Counted from the stretch's first letter, positions 53,319 to 63,842 are shown. The stretch: DNA of 64,000 nt from a virus (IMGVR_UViG_2974644955_000001:1-64000); one strand, 5' to 3'. The notes: generated by a model from the sequence alone, not told the origin. Numbers and translations are program-made.

Positions 53319-56042
53319 TCAGTTCCTCGGCAAAGTTCTAGCGACACTTACGTAGTCATATACCATCGAATGGGTAAGTTCTACAATGTCCGTTCCAGTC
53401 ATCGTGGTTCGCCGGATGTACTCGTCAGCAGTCTCGGGCATATACCCTCGATTACCGCGTCGTCCATTGCCTCTTCCCCAGTTAGTAAGGAACATTGGGT
53501 TAAAATTCAAATTGTTTCCGCCCAAGTTATCAATAAGATCTTGGATTCGTTCCATTTCGTTCTCGTAGTCTTCACCATCTTCTTCCAGATCTGCGTTCAT
53601 TTCGTTGATGTCACCTTGGACCCAACCAGAATAACCATTGGCTACAGCACCACCCAGCTTCAGAAGACCTTCAGCAGAGAACATATCCACACCAGTGACC
53701 GCTGCACCGATTGCAAACCCAGCAATAGCAGCAAAGATAGCTCCCCACTTCTCACCGAACAGGGCTGTACCTACGACCTTCAGAATCTCTGAAATCACGA
53801 TGGATGCGATGTAGTTGGCAACGACTCCTGCAACCAAGGCAGCCGTGCCTGTTAAGCCCAGGGCGGCACCAACGGCAAGGTTACTACCTAAAATGCCTCC
53901 TCCTGCGGCAAATGCTCCTGGGAACACCACGACTGCAATGACGATGATTAGGATAACCAGCAGGATCTTGAAGATACCTCGCTGATACCAGCGTTGTTTT
54001 GTGACCTCGTAGCTGTTGAACAGAATGTGAGCATTGGCTGTCGCCATCTGCGTATAGTCTACGATGTTCATTTCTGACATCGTTGGATAATGCAGAGGGA
54101 TCAGGAAACCTGATTCTTCATTGTCATCAAGAGCTTGACTTGAAGTGATTTTGACAGCCTTGCCTTTATAGATGTAGTTCTCGGAAACAAATCCCCAGAT
54201 CGCCATCTTACGGTAGGTATTCGAATCAACCTGCCAGAAGATATACATCTTTTGGATCCGGCTTGTTTTGTATCGAATAATGGCATCAAAAATGTTGTAG
54301 TTGTCCCGTTCCTGCCAGACGAAATCATCACCTTTGTTCAGGTGGAAATCATCCACTGTGGGGACATCCACACCCACATGATCTGCATCATTGTGGTATG
54401 AACCAACATGCTGACTGATCTCCGTATGGACCCAGGAAAGTCGGTAATCGAAACCAAAAGTAGAATCCTTCAACTGAATGGTGTTGATCGGGGGTCGAGT
54501 AATCTTTGGCAGTTCAGGACGTTGAGGAATCGAAAACCAGCTTGTGTTATCCCAGTTGGTATTCTCCCACGTTTGTAGTGCAGACAAAGCTGTATTGTAT
54601 GCTGCAACATCAGCAGCAAGATCTGTCATGGCGTTACCAGATCCACCAGACTGGAAGGGGATCATTTTCTCCATGAAGTTGTAGATGTACTTTTTGCAGG
54701 CATTCTCTTTCACATTCAGAGATGCACCAAAGCACAGATACGCAAAGTCGATATCATCAATAGAGGGGTTATCCTCGACTGAAGTAATCAGATCATCGAA
54801 TTTCTTTCCCTGATAAGCCCGTTTGTAGGCTTTCTTGGTTGCTTCGTATTCTGTCTGATACTGTGGTTCAGTGATCGACACGTTGTCGATCCGGATAGGC
54901 ATGAAGGGGAAAAACTCCTGGAAACCAGAAGAGTCAGCCTCGGTTGCCAAAGCATCCAGAGTCGCATTGCCTGTGCCAATCTCATAGATGAACACCTGTT
55001 CAGGGCCATACTGTTGTCCCACATAGAGATCCTGAGTGTCATATCGTGTCGTCCACGATTCAGCCACCTGCTCTCCTGTGGTTGTTGCAGTCTCTGTCCG
55101 GATCAAACCACCACCAAGATCAGTCTGAGTGATCACGGTATTGGTATATCCACCCACCACAGTATCTGTCCCAGTAAAGTTCCAGATCTGCTTCTCACCT
55201 TGAAGCTCGATCCCATTCTGAGAGATCACCACTTCACGAGACCAGACTTCATCAGCAGTGTTCAACTGTGCAGAGACATCAGCATTCACTGCATTCTCAT
55301 GAGTGACATCCGGATCTCCGTTGCTGTACGAATAGATCGTCGTCCGGTTTCTCGTCAGAGTCACCGGGGTAAACGTCTGAGTGTCTGAATCAACATCGAA
55401 ACCAGTCAGAGAAGGAAGAGTTGTGACCCCTGTTGTTGGGGTTCCCTCAACTACTGCACTCTCTGAGGCGTTCGAGTATTCAATGAACTTGGCCCAGACA
55501 TATCGTTTGCTGGAGTCGAAGACAGGACCAGTGCTCCCATCATTGAGCCAAGAGAAAAAGTCATTGTTCGGAAACTCGACCGAGAATGTGTTTGTGGCTG
55601 GATTGAATTCACCCAGCCAATCCTCACCCAATCGGGTAGGATGATTCTCCAGGATCCATTTGATGATCCATGGTTCGAAATCCCCGTAGGAGAGTTCTGA
55701 AGAGAACACTGTGATCTGCAATCCAGGAGGTGCAGGTGGAGAAGCTGTTAGAGGAATCTGACCAGCTACAACTGTCGTATCCACTTTGATGTCATTCACA
55801 ATCGTAGTGGAAACCATCCCAGGAATGTTGTTTCGATCAGCGTACCGAAAGAACTGACGTTGTTTCATCCCAGGACCACCAAACAATGATGTCTGGATGT
55901 CATCAGACAAAGATGGACTGTTCGACATAACGCTGCCGAAGATGGTCCCTTTGATGAAATCAGGACGATCATTCTCGTCCCCAGCCATATTATACAATGT
56001 GCTGGAGACGGTGATGATTTTCTTGGATGAGAAAAGCCCCAT
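53319..56042 (-). CDS. Virion protein (N4 gp53-like)
   Basis: MGLFSSKKIITVSS.., FFPFMPIR, SIDDIDFAY, KQRWYQRG plus a hydrophobic Gly/Ala segment; synteny. Confidence 0.82.
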   Translation of the reverse strand: MGLFSSKKIITVSSTLYNMAGDENDRPDFIKGTIFGSVMSNSPSLSDDIQTSLFGGPGMKQRQFFRYADRNNIPGMVSTTIVNDIKVDTTVVAGQIPLTASPPAPPGLQITVFSSELSYGDFEPWIIKWILENHPTRLGEDWLGEFNPATNTFSVEFPNNDFFSWLNDGSTGPVFDSSKRYVWAKFIEYSNASESAVVEGTPTTGVTTLPSLTGFDVDSDTQTFTPVTLTRNRTTIYSYSNGDPDVTHENAVNADVSAQLNTADEVWSREVVISQNGIELQGEKQIWNFTGTDTVVGGYTNTVITQTDLGGGLIRTETATTTGEQVAESWTTRYDTQDLYVGQQYGPEQVFIYEIGTGNATLDALATEADSSGFQEFFPFMPIRIDNVSITEPQYQTEYEATKKAYKRAYQGKKFDDLITSVEDNPSIDDIDFAYLCFGASLNVKENACKKYIYNFMEKMIPFQSGGSGNAMTDLAADVAAYNTALSALQTWENTNWDNTSWFSIPQRPELPKITRPPINTIQLKDSTFGFDYRLSWVHTEISQHVGSYHNDADHVGVDVPTVDDFHLNKGDDFVWQERDNYNIFDAIIRYKTSRIQKMYIFWQVDSNTYRKMAIWGFVSENYIYKGKAVKITSSQALDDNEESGFLIPLHYPTMSEMNIVDYTQMATANAHILFNSYEVTKQRWYQRGIFKILLVILIIVIAVVVFPGAFAAGGGILGSNLAVGAALGLTGTAALVAGVVANYIASIVISEILKVVGTALFGEKWGAIFAAIAGFAIGAAVTGVDMFSAEGLLKLGGAVANGYSGWVQGDINEMNADLEEDGEDYENEMERIQDLIDNLGGNNLNFNPMFLTNWGRGNGRRGNRGYMPETADEYIRRTTMTGTDIVELTHSMVYDYVSVARTLPRN

Positions 56043-56046
56043 TCAA

Positions 56047-57240
56047 TTAGCTCCCGAGGCTGTTGTTTGTCCTCAGATTAGTCAGAACCTCGTTAACCTC
56101 AATGTTCGTGAACTGAGTTGGAGCCGTCAGACCCTCATCAAGAGTTTTCTGAGTGATCCAAGCATCGTTGAACAATTTGCCCACTTTGTACTGAGCATCC
56201 TTGATAAAGCTGTCGATCTGTTGAGTGTACAGATCTTTCTGTTTCCCAACGGAACCAACAACAGCAGAACCGTCTGTCCGGGTATCCACAGTCTTGGCAC
56301 GTTCAGCTTCATGTTGCTCAGAAACCAAATCAATCTGACGATTGATCAGAGAAGTCTCAGCAGGCTGACGGAGGTTCAGCATGTGTTGCTGCATACCCAG
56401 TTCGATTGGGAGCATGTTGTCACGACGGAACTCAGCCACATCTGCTTCAGCAGGAACAATACGATCACGCTGGATCTGAGCAATGGCTTCTTCAATTGGT
56501 TGAAGATTCCGGTTCTGGAACTCAGCGATAGCAGCCTGTGCAGGAAGGATACGATCCACCTGTACCTTGTTCATAGCCACAGTCGAAGGCATGACTTCGT
56601 TACGCTCGTAGTGAGTGACAGACAGATCAGCAGGTTGCTGATAGGTCCGCTGGAACTCTTTGATCGCAATATCAGCAGTCACAGAGTCATGGTTCGCTTC
56701 TTCCGTAGCAATCTGCATCTTGGTCAGAGCATACTGAGCAGCGATGAGGTTCAACTGGAAGTTTGCAGTAGCAGCTTCAATCTTCGTCTGTTCCAGACGG
56801 ATGAGAGCTTCTGTTGCTTGGATCTCAGCAATTCGGGCCTGCATCTGTGCGGTGACGGCTGCCCATTTTGCTTGGTCTTTCTGGAGAGTGAAGGAAACAG
56901 CTTGTCCCATCACCTGATTGGCCACAGCAGTATAGACTTCTGCGTACTGTGAACCAGTAATTCGATTGCCCTTGAACTCACGCTCAAGGTGTTTGTCCAT
57001 GGCTTGCATGAAAACGTCAAAAGCACCTGGACCTTCCAGAGTGCCTTCACCCGCTGTAACCTCTGCAATTGTTGCAGCACTGACATCAGAATACAGAGCC
57101 GAAGTCGGATCTGGACTGAAGTCATACTTTGGGTCAGAGAAGTCAGGAGCGGCGGGGATCGAAATCCCCACCGTCAGAGCGTCAAAAAGACCATTCGCCA
57201 AATCAGACGAGTTATCTACGTTGGTGAAAGTATCAGCCAT
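56047..57240 (-). CDS. Structural protein (N4 gp54-like)
   Basis: GAFDVFMQAMDKHLEREF..RITGSQYAEVY; VGKQKDLYTQQIDSF; synteny. Confidence 0.82.
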   Translation of the reverse strand: MADTFTNVDNSSDLANGLFDALTVGISIPAAPDFSDPKYDFSPDPTSALYSDVSAATIAEVTAGEGTLEGPGAFDVFMQAMDKHLEREFKGNRITGSQYAEVYTAVANQVMGQAVSFTLQKDQAKWAAVTAQMQARIAEIQATEALIRLEQTKIEAATANFQLNLIAAQYALTKMQIATEEANHDSVTADIAIKEFQRTYQQPADLSVTHYERNEVMPSTVAMNKVQVDRILPAQAAIAEFQNRNLQPIEEAIAQIQRDRIVPAEADVAEFRRDNMLPIELGMQQHMLNLRQPAETSLINRQIDLVSEQHEAERAKTVDTRTDGSAVVGSVGKQKDLYTQQIDSFIKDAQYKVGKLFNDAWITQKTLDEGLTAPTQFTNIEVNEVLTNLRTNNSLGS

Positions 57241-57280
57241 TTTTACACCCTTCTCCTGTGTTCACTTCCATATAGCCATA

Positions 57281-58015
57281 TTACGCAGCGATGTCGATTG
57301 CTCCGCGAGCCTTCTGGTCTTGAGCCAAACCTTGAAGCTCTTCCAATGACAGATCAGGAAGAATCTCAATGTTGTATTTTGGCATCTGGATGGTCTTGTA
57401 CTGTTTGACACCGAACGAAGAAACCTGGCCACGAACCTTGGATTCTTTCCGCATCGTGTACTTCTCTTCACGGAGAACATTCAGCAGGATCTGTGGAACG
57501 TGCCAGCCATGTTCGTTCTCGTCACCGAAGGGGATGTATTTCGACACCTTCCCGGTGAACTTGTTGTAAGCCGTCTTGATGACGCCTTCGAGAGCAGAGT
57601 CATTGGGATCGAGATTGTGAACCCGACAACGAATCAACTTCATTGCTCGTGCTCGGACAATCGCACGTCGTTCAACGTCAGAGAGACCTTTGGCATGAGG
57701 ATCCATGAGAGCCTGTGCAGTACGAGGCATGTCGAGGATCTTCTTTGGTTCAGTTTTCACTGGGCCTGTCGGTTCTGCTTGCTTTGCAGCAAGAGCTTTC
57801 ATCACCGGATCTTCCATATCGAGATCCTCATCTTCTGGACCTTCAGCTTTGGCTTGAAGAACAGGGATCAGTTTCTCTTTGAGAGTACCGACACCCGTGT
57901 TGCCAGAAAACGACACTTCGAGTTCGTTGGCGATGTACCGGAGCACTTCTTTGTCGTCGGTGTTTTCGACGATCACCAGAAGCTCTTCCGGGGTTTTGTT
58001 CGTGATATCATCCAT
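57281..58015 (-). CDS. N4 gp55-like protein
   Basis: AMKLIRCRVHNLDP...KYIPF...GWHVPQILLNVL...LAQDQ; synteny. Confidence 0.8.
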   Translation of the reverse strand: MDDITNKTPEELLVIVENTDDKEVLRYIANELEVSFSGNTGVGTLKEKLIPVLQAKAEGPEDEDLDMEDPVMKALAAKQAEPTGPVKTEPKKILDMPRTAQALMDPHAKGLSDVERRAIVRARAMKLIRCRVHNLDPNDSALEGVIKTAYNKFTGKVSKYIPFGDENEHGWHVPQILLNVLREEKYTMRKESKVRGQVSSFGVKQYKTIQMPKYNIEILPDLSLEELQGLAQDQKARGAIDIAA

Positions 58016-58049
58016 TGGGTTATTCCTTTTCAGTTACCATGGTGGAAAC

Positions 58050-58078
58050 CGCTTAACATACCCTAAAACCTAGAGCAA
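58050..58078 (-). promoter_or_regulatory. Candidate host sigma70 late promoter for gp55-like gene
   Basis: TTGCTC-N17-TAAGCG immediately after the capsid terminator. Confidence 0.35.
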
Positions 58079-58080
58079 GA

Positions 58081-58107
58081 AATGAAAGAGGCACCCGAAG
58101 GTGCCTC
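58081..58107 (-). terminator. Intrinsic terminator after the major capsid gene
   Basis: On the minus strand GAGGCACC-TTCG-GGTGCCTC-TTTCATT. Confidence 0.85.
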
Positions 58108-58129
58108 AATCAGTGTTATGTGCCTGAGA

Positions 58130-59575
58130 TTACTCAGGGATCGGGCTGTACGCCACGGCCATACGTTCGCCACGCAGCTTGATAAAGCCGTAGAAGAACT
58201 TGATCGAGGAGAACCCGATCTTGCCGTATGGGTCAGTCCGGTCAGCAGTTTTCTCACCGGGCTTCTTGACGATGATCCGGAACTTGGCTTTGCCAGCACC
58301 AGTCATGCCTTGCAGACCGATGGTTGCGAATGCCTCGTTACCGATGACCAGGAGAGGAGCCACGTCGTAGCGACCGCCAGTAGCTTGGTAGCCACCGTTG
58401 GTGCCTTCAGCAGCACCGACACCCTGCCAGCGCATCATCTGCGGAACAACGATGATACGAAGATGAGCAGTTGGAATCGCACCAATCTCACCGTTCATGA
58501 TCGTCGCTGCATCAGCATACTGCTCGACAGGAACGAAGTCCGCCCAGTCGGAGAGCATGATCTGAAGTTCCGAACCAATGTAAGCAATGCGAGAAGCACT
58601 GATCACACGAGTGTCGGTCATCCGCGAACCTTTGATGATTGTGGTTTTCTTCGGAGTCCGGTTGTCATCCAGGATGACGCTCAGACGCTTCAGATCACCA
58701 ACATCAAGAGCAGTGACAGCACCATCAGCACCGGAGACTTCAGTGACAGAAGTTGCCACACCCGGATAGATTTTGACATCAGCAGCGTTCAGAAGGTCAG
58801 CTTGCAGAAGATCTTCGTAGATCTCGTTGGCACCGCGCAGCATCTCACGGGACAGGTGGCCGTAGAGTTCCGAGTCCGTATCGAACATCAGAGAATCTTC
58901 GGTCCATTCCATGAAGAAACCGTGCTCCTGGATTTCACCTTTGCGTTCCAGACGAGTGAAGCCAACGCGGTTCACGCGGCCACCTTGTTCAGTCAGCGTA
59001 GGCATTTTGCCCAGGATAGTACCAACGTCACGCGAACCACCGTAGAGGGAGCCTGCGTTTTCCTGCTTCACACCAGCGCCAGCAGCAGTGATTGCTGTAT
59101 CGGCCAGAGCTTCGGTTGCATAGTGAATGACGTTCGTGGTGAACGTGATCAGCGTATGCGTGGCACCAGAAGGACCATCACCACCAGCGGCAGCAACAAC
59201 TTCAGCAGTACCAGTTGCCGAGTTTACGTTGTCGTTGATCGCAGTTACGGCAGCAGCCGCACTTGCATCGAGAACTTCGACAACAGCAGGGAACGTAACA
59301 GTGAAAGTACCCGGAACACGGGCAACACCGTTGGCGTCGATACCTTGGTCATTCACGTTGAGATCGTCCAAGAGTGGGACGTAGTAAAAGACCTTCAGTT
59401 CCTTACCGAAATGCTTCGGCATGGATTTTGCGTCAGCCAGCGGAGAGAAATACATCTCTTCGGCAGCGTCCATGAGGGACTTTCGGTCCCAGTAGTGAGT
59501 ATTGAACTGAGGACCAACCGAGCTTTGCGGCGAGCCATCAACACCCACTTTAGGTGCGTTATAAATCTGAGCCAT
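58130..59575 (-). CDS. Major capsid protein (N4 gp56-like)
   Basis: YWDRKSL, MPKHFGKELKVFYYVPLLDD.NVNDQGIDA, GGRVNRVGFTR, DRTDPYG. Confidence 0.95.
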   Translation of the reverse strand: MAQIYNAPKVGVDGSPQSSVGPQFNTHYWDRKSLMDAAEEMYFSPLADAKSMPKHFGKELKVFYYVPLLDDLNVNDQGIDANGVARVPGTFTVTFPAVVEVLDASAAAAVTAINDNVNSATGTAEVVAAAGGDGPSGATHTLITFTTNVIHYATEALADTAITAAGAGVKQENAGSLYGGSRDVGTILGKMPTLTEQGGRVNRVGFTRLERKGEIQEHGFFMEWTEDSLMFDTDSELYGHLSREMLRGANEIYEDLLQADLLNAADVKIYPGVATSVTEVSGADGAVTALDVGDLKRLSVILDDNRTPKKTTIIKGSRMTDTRVISASRIAYIGSELQIMLSDWADFVPVEQYADAATIMNGEIGAIPTAHLRIIVVPQMMRWQGVGAAEGTNGGYQATGGRYDVAPLLVIGNEAFATIGLQGMTGAGKAKFRIIVKKPGEKTADRTDPYGKIGFSSIKFFYGFIKLRGERMAVAYSPIPE

Positions 59576-59604
59576 GGTGTTTTCCTTTCAAGATCTCAGA
59601 GGTT

Positions 59605-60951
59605 TCACTCGGGAGGAGCCAACTTGGCGAATTCCTCATCCGACATTTTGTCGAAATCAACCTGACTCTTATTCGGAGTCGCGGACTGTTTCGATGGTGG
59701 TGTCGAAGAAAGATGTGGATTGGCAGCAGGTTTCTTCGGTGCCTGTTGCTTCCTTCCTCCCGTTGCGAGTGGGGTGTTCTGAGGTTGGCCCTGACGTACA
59801 GGAGCCATCGAACTTCCACCAGTAGCGGGATCATTTGGAGAACTGAGAACACCAGCATTCTTCATGGCTTCGCCAACTTGATCGAATGCCTGAAGGAAGG
59901 GTACTCCCTGCAAGTATCCGAGCGATTGCTGATACTTCAACTCTTCTACCACCTTGTCGTACACACCGCTCGACTTGAATCCTTGAAGAGTGCCGAGAAT
60001 ACTCGGGTTTTCGCGGAGACGTGCTTTGGATGTCTGATCCCAGTCTTTGTGGATATGACTTACCAGAGCCTGACCTTCCGGTGAGGTTAGTGCCATTTCC
60101 AACGCATCCCGGAAGTCATTATCCTGCGACGTGCCTTGGTAGTTATTTGCCTGATAACCTGAATCTTTTTCAGTATCAAGGTCCATCGGGTCAATATTGT
60201 GACTTTTTAGCAACTGTGTAATCGCTGCCTTGTCACCTTTTGACAGGTCGATCAGGAAATTGAGCTTCGAAGGATCATTCAATTTCTGGTCTTCCAGCAT
60301 CCGATTCAGTTGACGCATCGGTTTGATTTCCTGCATCCGACGTGAATAATTCACACCTTGCTGCATCAAACGAATTGCATCTTCTGGAGTTCGAACAGTG
60401 ATGTCCCGGCCATCAGCCTTGAACGGCACAGTAATCTTCTGGAAGAAACCAACGGCTTCATCCACTGCTGCTGTGTCCATTCCTTCAGGAAGTTTGTAAT
60501 AGCCTGCTTTCGCTGGAGTTTCCTTGCCAGCCTTTACAGGTTTTCCGTCTCCGGCTTCTTCATCGGGAGCCTTCCCTTCTTCTTCGGCGTCTGCTTTGGG
60601 TTGCTCACCTTCTTCAGTTTCACCGCTTTCTTCGGGTGCTGGTTCTCCTTCACCTGAAAGGGGATCTTTTCCGGGAGCTTCTTCTGCTTCCGGGTTTTCT
60701 TCAGATTGCTCAGAGGCGCTGGGATCATCGTTCCCGTCGGACTCATCAGGAGCAACACCGTCAGGAGGTGTGTCCCCAGCGTCAGAAGGTTCGGCAGGAA
60801 GTTCGTTCGAGACTTGCGTTGAGTCATCTTCATCTCCGTTGTTGGAAAGTGTGGTTTCGCCTTCGGGTACGTTACCCGCAAACTGTTCCTCATCCAACTT
60901 CAGGAAATCTTCGTCAGACATCTTGTCAAAATCGAGTTCTTTTTTAGCCAT
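59605..60951 (-). CDS. Scaffold / tape-measure-like protein (N4 gp57-like)
   Basis: Acidic disordered N-terminus, PFKADGR, LMQQGVNYSRRM, LNFLIDL; upstream of MCP. Confidence 0.82.
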   Translation of the reverse strand: MAKKELDFDKMSDEDFLKLDEEQFAGNVPEGETTLSNNGDEDDSTQVSNELPAEPSDAGDTPPDGVAPDESDGNDDPSASEQSEENPEAEEAPGKDPLSGEGEPAPEESGETEEGEQPKADAEEEGKAPDEEAGDGKPVKAGKETPAKAGYYKLPEGMDTAAVDEAVGFFQKITVPFKADGRDITVRTPEDAIRLMQQGVNYSRRMQEIKPMRQLNRMLEDQKLNDPSKLNFLIDLSKGDKAAITQLLKSHNIDPMDLDTEKDSGYQANNYQGTSQDNDFRDALEMALTSPEGQALVSHIHKDWDQTSKARLRENPSILGTLQGFKSSGVYDKVVEELKYQQSLGYLQGVPFLQAFDQVGEAMKNAGVLSSPNDPATGGSSMAPVRQGQPQNTPLATGGRKQQAPKKPAANPHLSSTPPSKQSATPNKSQVDFDKMSDEEFAKLAPPE

Positions 60952-60996
60952 GATATTTCTCCATCATTGGGCTTCAGGGAAAGTGAAGAGCCAGGG

Positions 60997-61380
60997 TTAT
61001 TCCCCGGCTGCCTCTTTGATTGCGAGATCTCGTGCTTCTTCCAGACCTTTGATTTCATCTTCAGCCATGTTGGACTGTTCGACGATGTTCTTCATATAGT
61101 TCCGGAATTTGCCGACTGCTTTGATCGACTCAGTGCAGTCATCGGCCACTTTGTCATTGAGACGACCAGACGAGAGCAGTTCTGCCATTCGACTTGGTTC
61201 ATCAACAAAATAACCCTGCATGATCAGCAGTTTGAAGTCTGCATTGTCTGCAAGACGACGAGCAGCCTCACCCTTTGCGATGATATCGGCAAAGTGAGCT
61301 TTGGCTTCTTCATACTGTTCATGGGTCAGTTCGATGGTTTCGGGTTCTTCTTCACCCAGAGACGCATTGTATAGGTCCAT
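60997..61380 (-). CDS. N4 gp58-like protein
   Basis: RLADNADFKLLIMQGYF; between portal and gp57. Confidence 0.72.
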   Translation of the reverse strand: MDLYNASLGEEEPETIELTHEQYEEAKAHFADIIAKGEAARRLADNADFKLLIMQGYFVDEPSRMAELLSSGRLNDKVADDCTESIKAVGKFRNYMKNIVEQSNMAEDEIKGLEEARDLAIKEAAGE

Positions 61381-61432
61381 TGGACACCTCCAGCAATTGA
61401 CTAGAACCCTGCCTTTCAGGGTTCCTTCAGTC

Positions 61433-63838
61433 TTACTGGGTGCTCAATGGACCAATTGGAACTCTTTGTCCAGCCTGTTGATCAAGCTGGGGAGGAACCA
61501 TCGAAGGATCTGAGAAGCCTGAACCAAGGGCAGGAGCACCAGATGGACCCGTTCCAGGAGCAGGGCCACTAGAGATCGGATTGTTCACTGGTGAGAAGGT
61601 GTTACGCTTTCCTTCTGCTTCCTGAACCTTGTTGTATCCGACGGCTGCCTCGATCATTCCCGATGGAGTTTCACCATTCAGGAGAGCCTTGGTGATCTCC
61701 AAGCTACGGTTGCCAGCAGCTTGAGCACCCATCTTCTCAACATCACGCTCATGCTTCATGCCAGACATCAGATCATCAGCTTCTTCCAGAAGTTTCGCAG
61801 CACGAGCACGGGCTTCTTCTGCACGAGCAGCATCAAGTACGATCTCGCCTTCAACCTTCTTGAGTTCAGCTTCTGCCATTGCAACCTGCATTGGATCAGG
61901 CTGTGGCTGATAGGAACGAAGTTGTTCTGCCAGATCAGGCATACGCTTGAGATCTGCAATCTTGGCCAGAATGATCTGACGAAGACTTGGATCCATGTCA
62001 GGACCAACAGTCTGAAGAACCATACCAAGATCTGTGGCACGTTGTTCATCAACCGAAGCAGTGGAGATGTCCACTTTCAGATCGAAGTTACCCATGAGTT
62101 CTTCACGAGAAACCTCAACAAACTCTTCGTTGGTTACACGGACAATCTCTTTTTCGCTCAAGAACTTAGCGTTCATGGCGATCATCTTTGTACCAATCGC
62201 CTGCATACCTTTTGCAAGACGACGGAGGATGCTCATCTCCCGAGTAGCAGCACTGTCGAGAGCGCCCCGAATACCAGTAGCAACTGACCCATAGGCATCA
62301 CCTGAAATACCCCCACTAAAGGACTTAACACCAGTGAGAGCTTCTGCTTCCGCATTCTGCATTTGAATCGTTTCATGGGCTGACCTCGGAATTTCCGGAT
62401 ACTCCATTTGGCGGATATTCGCCTTTGGATCACCGTTGGGGTTAAACTCGAAGTCTTCTCCATTGACGAATCGACGCTTGTTGACAGGATCCAGGAATCC
62501 TTTTGCATACCCCGTTTGTGCGTTCGCAGACCGACCCATAAGGTCAATCACACCGCGAGTAACAGCACCAATGATGCGTTGGTTGTCTTGGAGCAGCGAG
62601 GCGTCGGCTTCACCGAAGACCGACTTGAGAATAGGCATATATGGAACGATGACAAACGGAGGACGCTTGTCAGGGAATGGGTTTTCACGCATCTCGATAA
62701 TGGTTTCACCAACCCAAGTTACCACAATGGGAACCATGATTCCGTTGTCATAGATGTCATACAGACCCCAGTATTCGTAAACCAAGACCTTCTGTTTGTC
62801 TGTGGCTCCGGTCCCTGAAGTACGCATGTCGTTGTTCGGGGTGTTGGATTCATGATCCGGGTTGCCAGCATTCGATTGAATCTTGGCAGACTCCCAGTTC
62901 ACATTTTCCAGGTTCTGATATGTACCCTTCTTGGCCATCAGTTCTGACTTGGTGGCTTCGTAGGTGTAGACCATGTACTGCGACTGTTCCCAGTCACCTT
63001 CACAGGAAGGATCGACGAAGAGGTTTGCAATGTTCACGATACGAACAGACGGGCAGTTCTTCACCATCCGCTCTTCAACAGTCTCGACGACACCATCAGG
63101 TTCAGCCGTAACTGGCTGACCGATCTCAGCAGATTTCTCAGCAGCAGCTTTGAGGGACTCAGGAAGAGACTCCCAATCAGCAACTTCAGCCTGCATCATC
63201 TGCATGGCTTGTTGAACCATCTGAGCTTCTTCTTCAGACTGCACAGGGTAGAAATTGAAGTTGGTGGTCTCAACAGTTTCCTTGCGGTATTCCTGTTCCC
63301 AACCAACACGAACCACAACAGAACCTTCATCCACGGCTGTACGTACATACCGATCAATGAAGTCAGTTTTGTTGATCTTGGTATCCCACTGCCAGTTCAG
63401 GAGGATCTGGTTCTGCTTGGCTTTTGGTGCGTCTTCATGAGTACGAGGAAGAACCTCGAACATCCGATCCGTATTCAAGAACGGTTCACTCAGAGCAGGA
63501 TAACGCCATTCGTTGTGTTTGCGAATGAGCTTGGGCTGAACAGCAGATCGACCCGGCTTTGCCTTCTTCGGAGCTTCAGCCCCGGTAGCATTCCGAAGAT
63601 CCAACCATCCATCAACGTTGCTTTTCTGGTCGTTGGTTTCTTGACGAGCAAATTCGAGATCCTGACGAAGATCTTCAAGAGTTGGCTCTTTGGGCCATTC
63701 AGTCAGAGACGACTTGGATTCACCTTGAGTCGATTCTTCCATGATTGCTTCATCCAGATTCTCTGGATCAACACCTTTGTTGACCGCACTCTCGTTACGG
63801 TTCTCCGACTGTTTGTATGTGTTTTCGTCATTCATCAT
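61433..63838 (-). CDS. Portal protein (N4 gp59-like)
   Basis: WPKEPTLEDLRQD, GRSAVQPKLIRKHNEWRYPALSEPF, EALTGVKSFSGGI; 801 aa. Confidence 0.93.
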   Translation of the reverse strand: MMNDENTYKQSENRNESAVNKGVDPENLDEAIMEESTQGESKSSLTEWPKEPTLEDLRQDLEFARQETNDQKSNVDGWLDLRNATGAEAPKKAKPGRSAVQPKLIRKHNEWRYPALSEPFLNTDRMFEVLPRTHEDAPKAKQNQILLNWQWDTKINKTDFIDRYVRTAVDEGSVVVRVGWEQEYRKETVETTNFNFYPVQSEEEAQMVQQAMQMMQAEVADWESLPESLKAAAEKSAEIGQPVTAEPDGVVETVEERMVKNCPSVRIVNIANLFVDPSCEGDWEQSQYMVYTYEATKSELMAKKGTYQNLENVNWESAKIQSNAGNPDHESNTPNNDMRTSGTGATDKQKVLVYEYWGLYDIYDNGIMVPIVVTWVGETIIEMRENPFPDKRPPFVIVPYMPILKSVFGEADASLLQDNQRIIGAVTRGVIDLMGRSANAQTGYAKGFLDPVNKRRFVNGEDFEFNPNGDPKANIRQMEYPEIPRSAHETIQMQNAEAEALTGVKSFSGGISGDAYGSVATGIRGALDSAATREMSILRRLAKGMQAIGTKMIAMNAKFLSEKEIVRVTNEEFVEVSREELMGNFDLKVDISTASVDEQRATDLGMVLQTVGPDMDPSLRQIILAKIADLKRMPDLAEQLRSYQPQPDPMQVAMAEAELKKVEGEIVLDAARAEEARARAAKLLEEADDLMSGMKHERDVEKMGAQAAGNRSLEITKALLNGETPSGMIEAAVGYNKVQEAEGKRNTFSPVNNPISSGPAPGTGPSGAPALGSGFSDPSMVPPQLDQQAGQRVPIGPLSTQ

Positions 63839-63842
63839 CGAA

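Noticed and set aside
58082-59665. 527-aa plus-strand ORF, and similar long antisense ORFs (19261-20661, 39778-40845, 42808-43851, 44842-45990, 50870-52066, 55897-56952)
   Set aside because: They lie opposite well-supported genes, lack motifs and RBSs, and are the expected shadows of biased codon usage.
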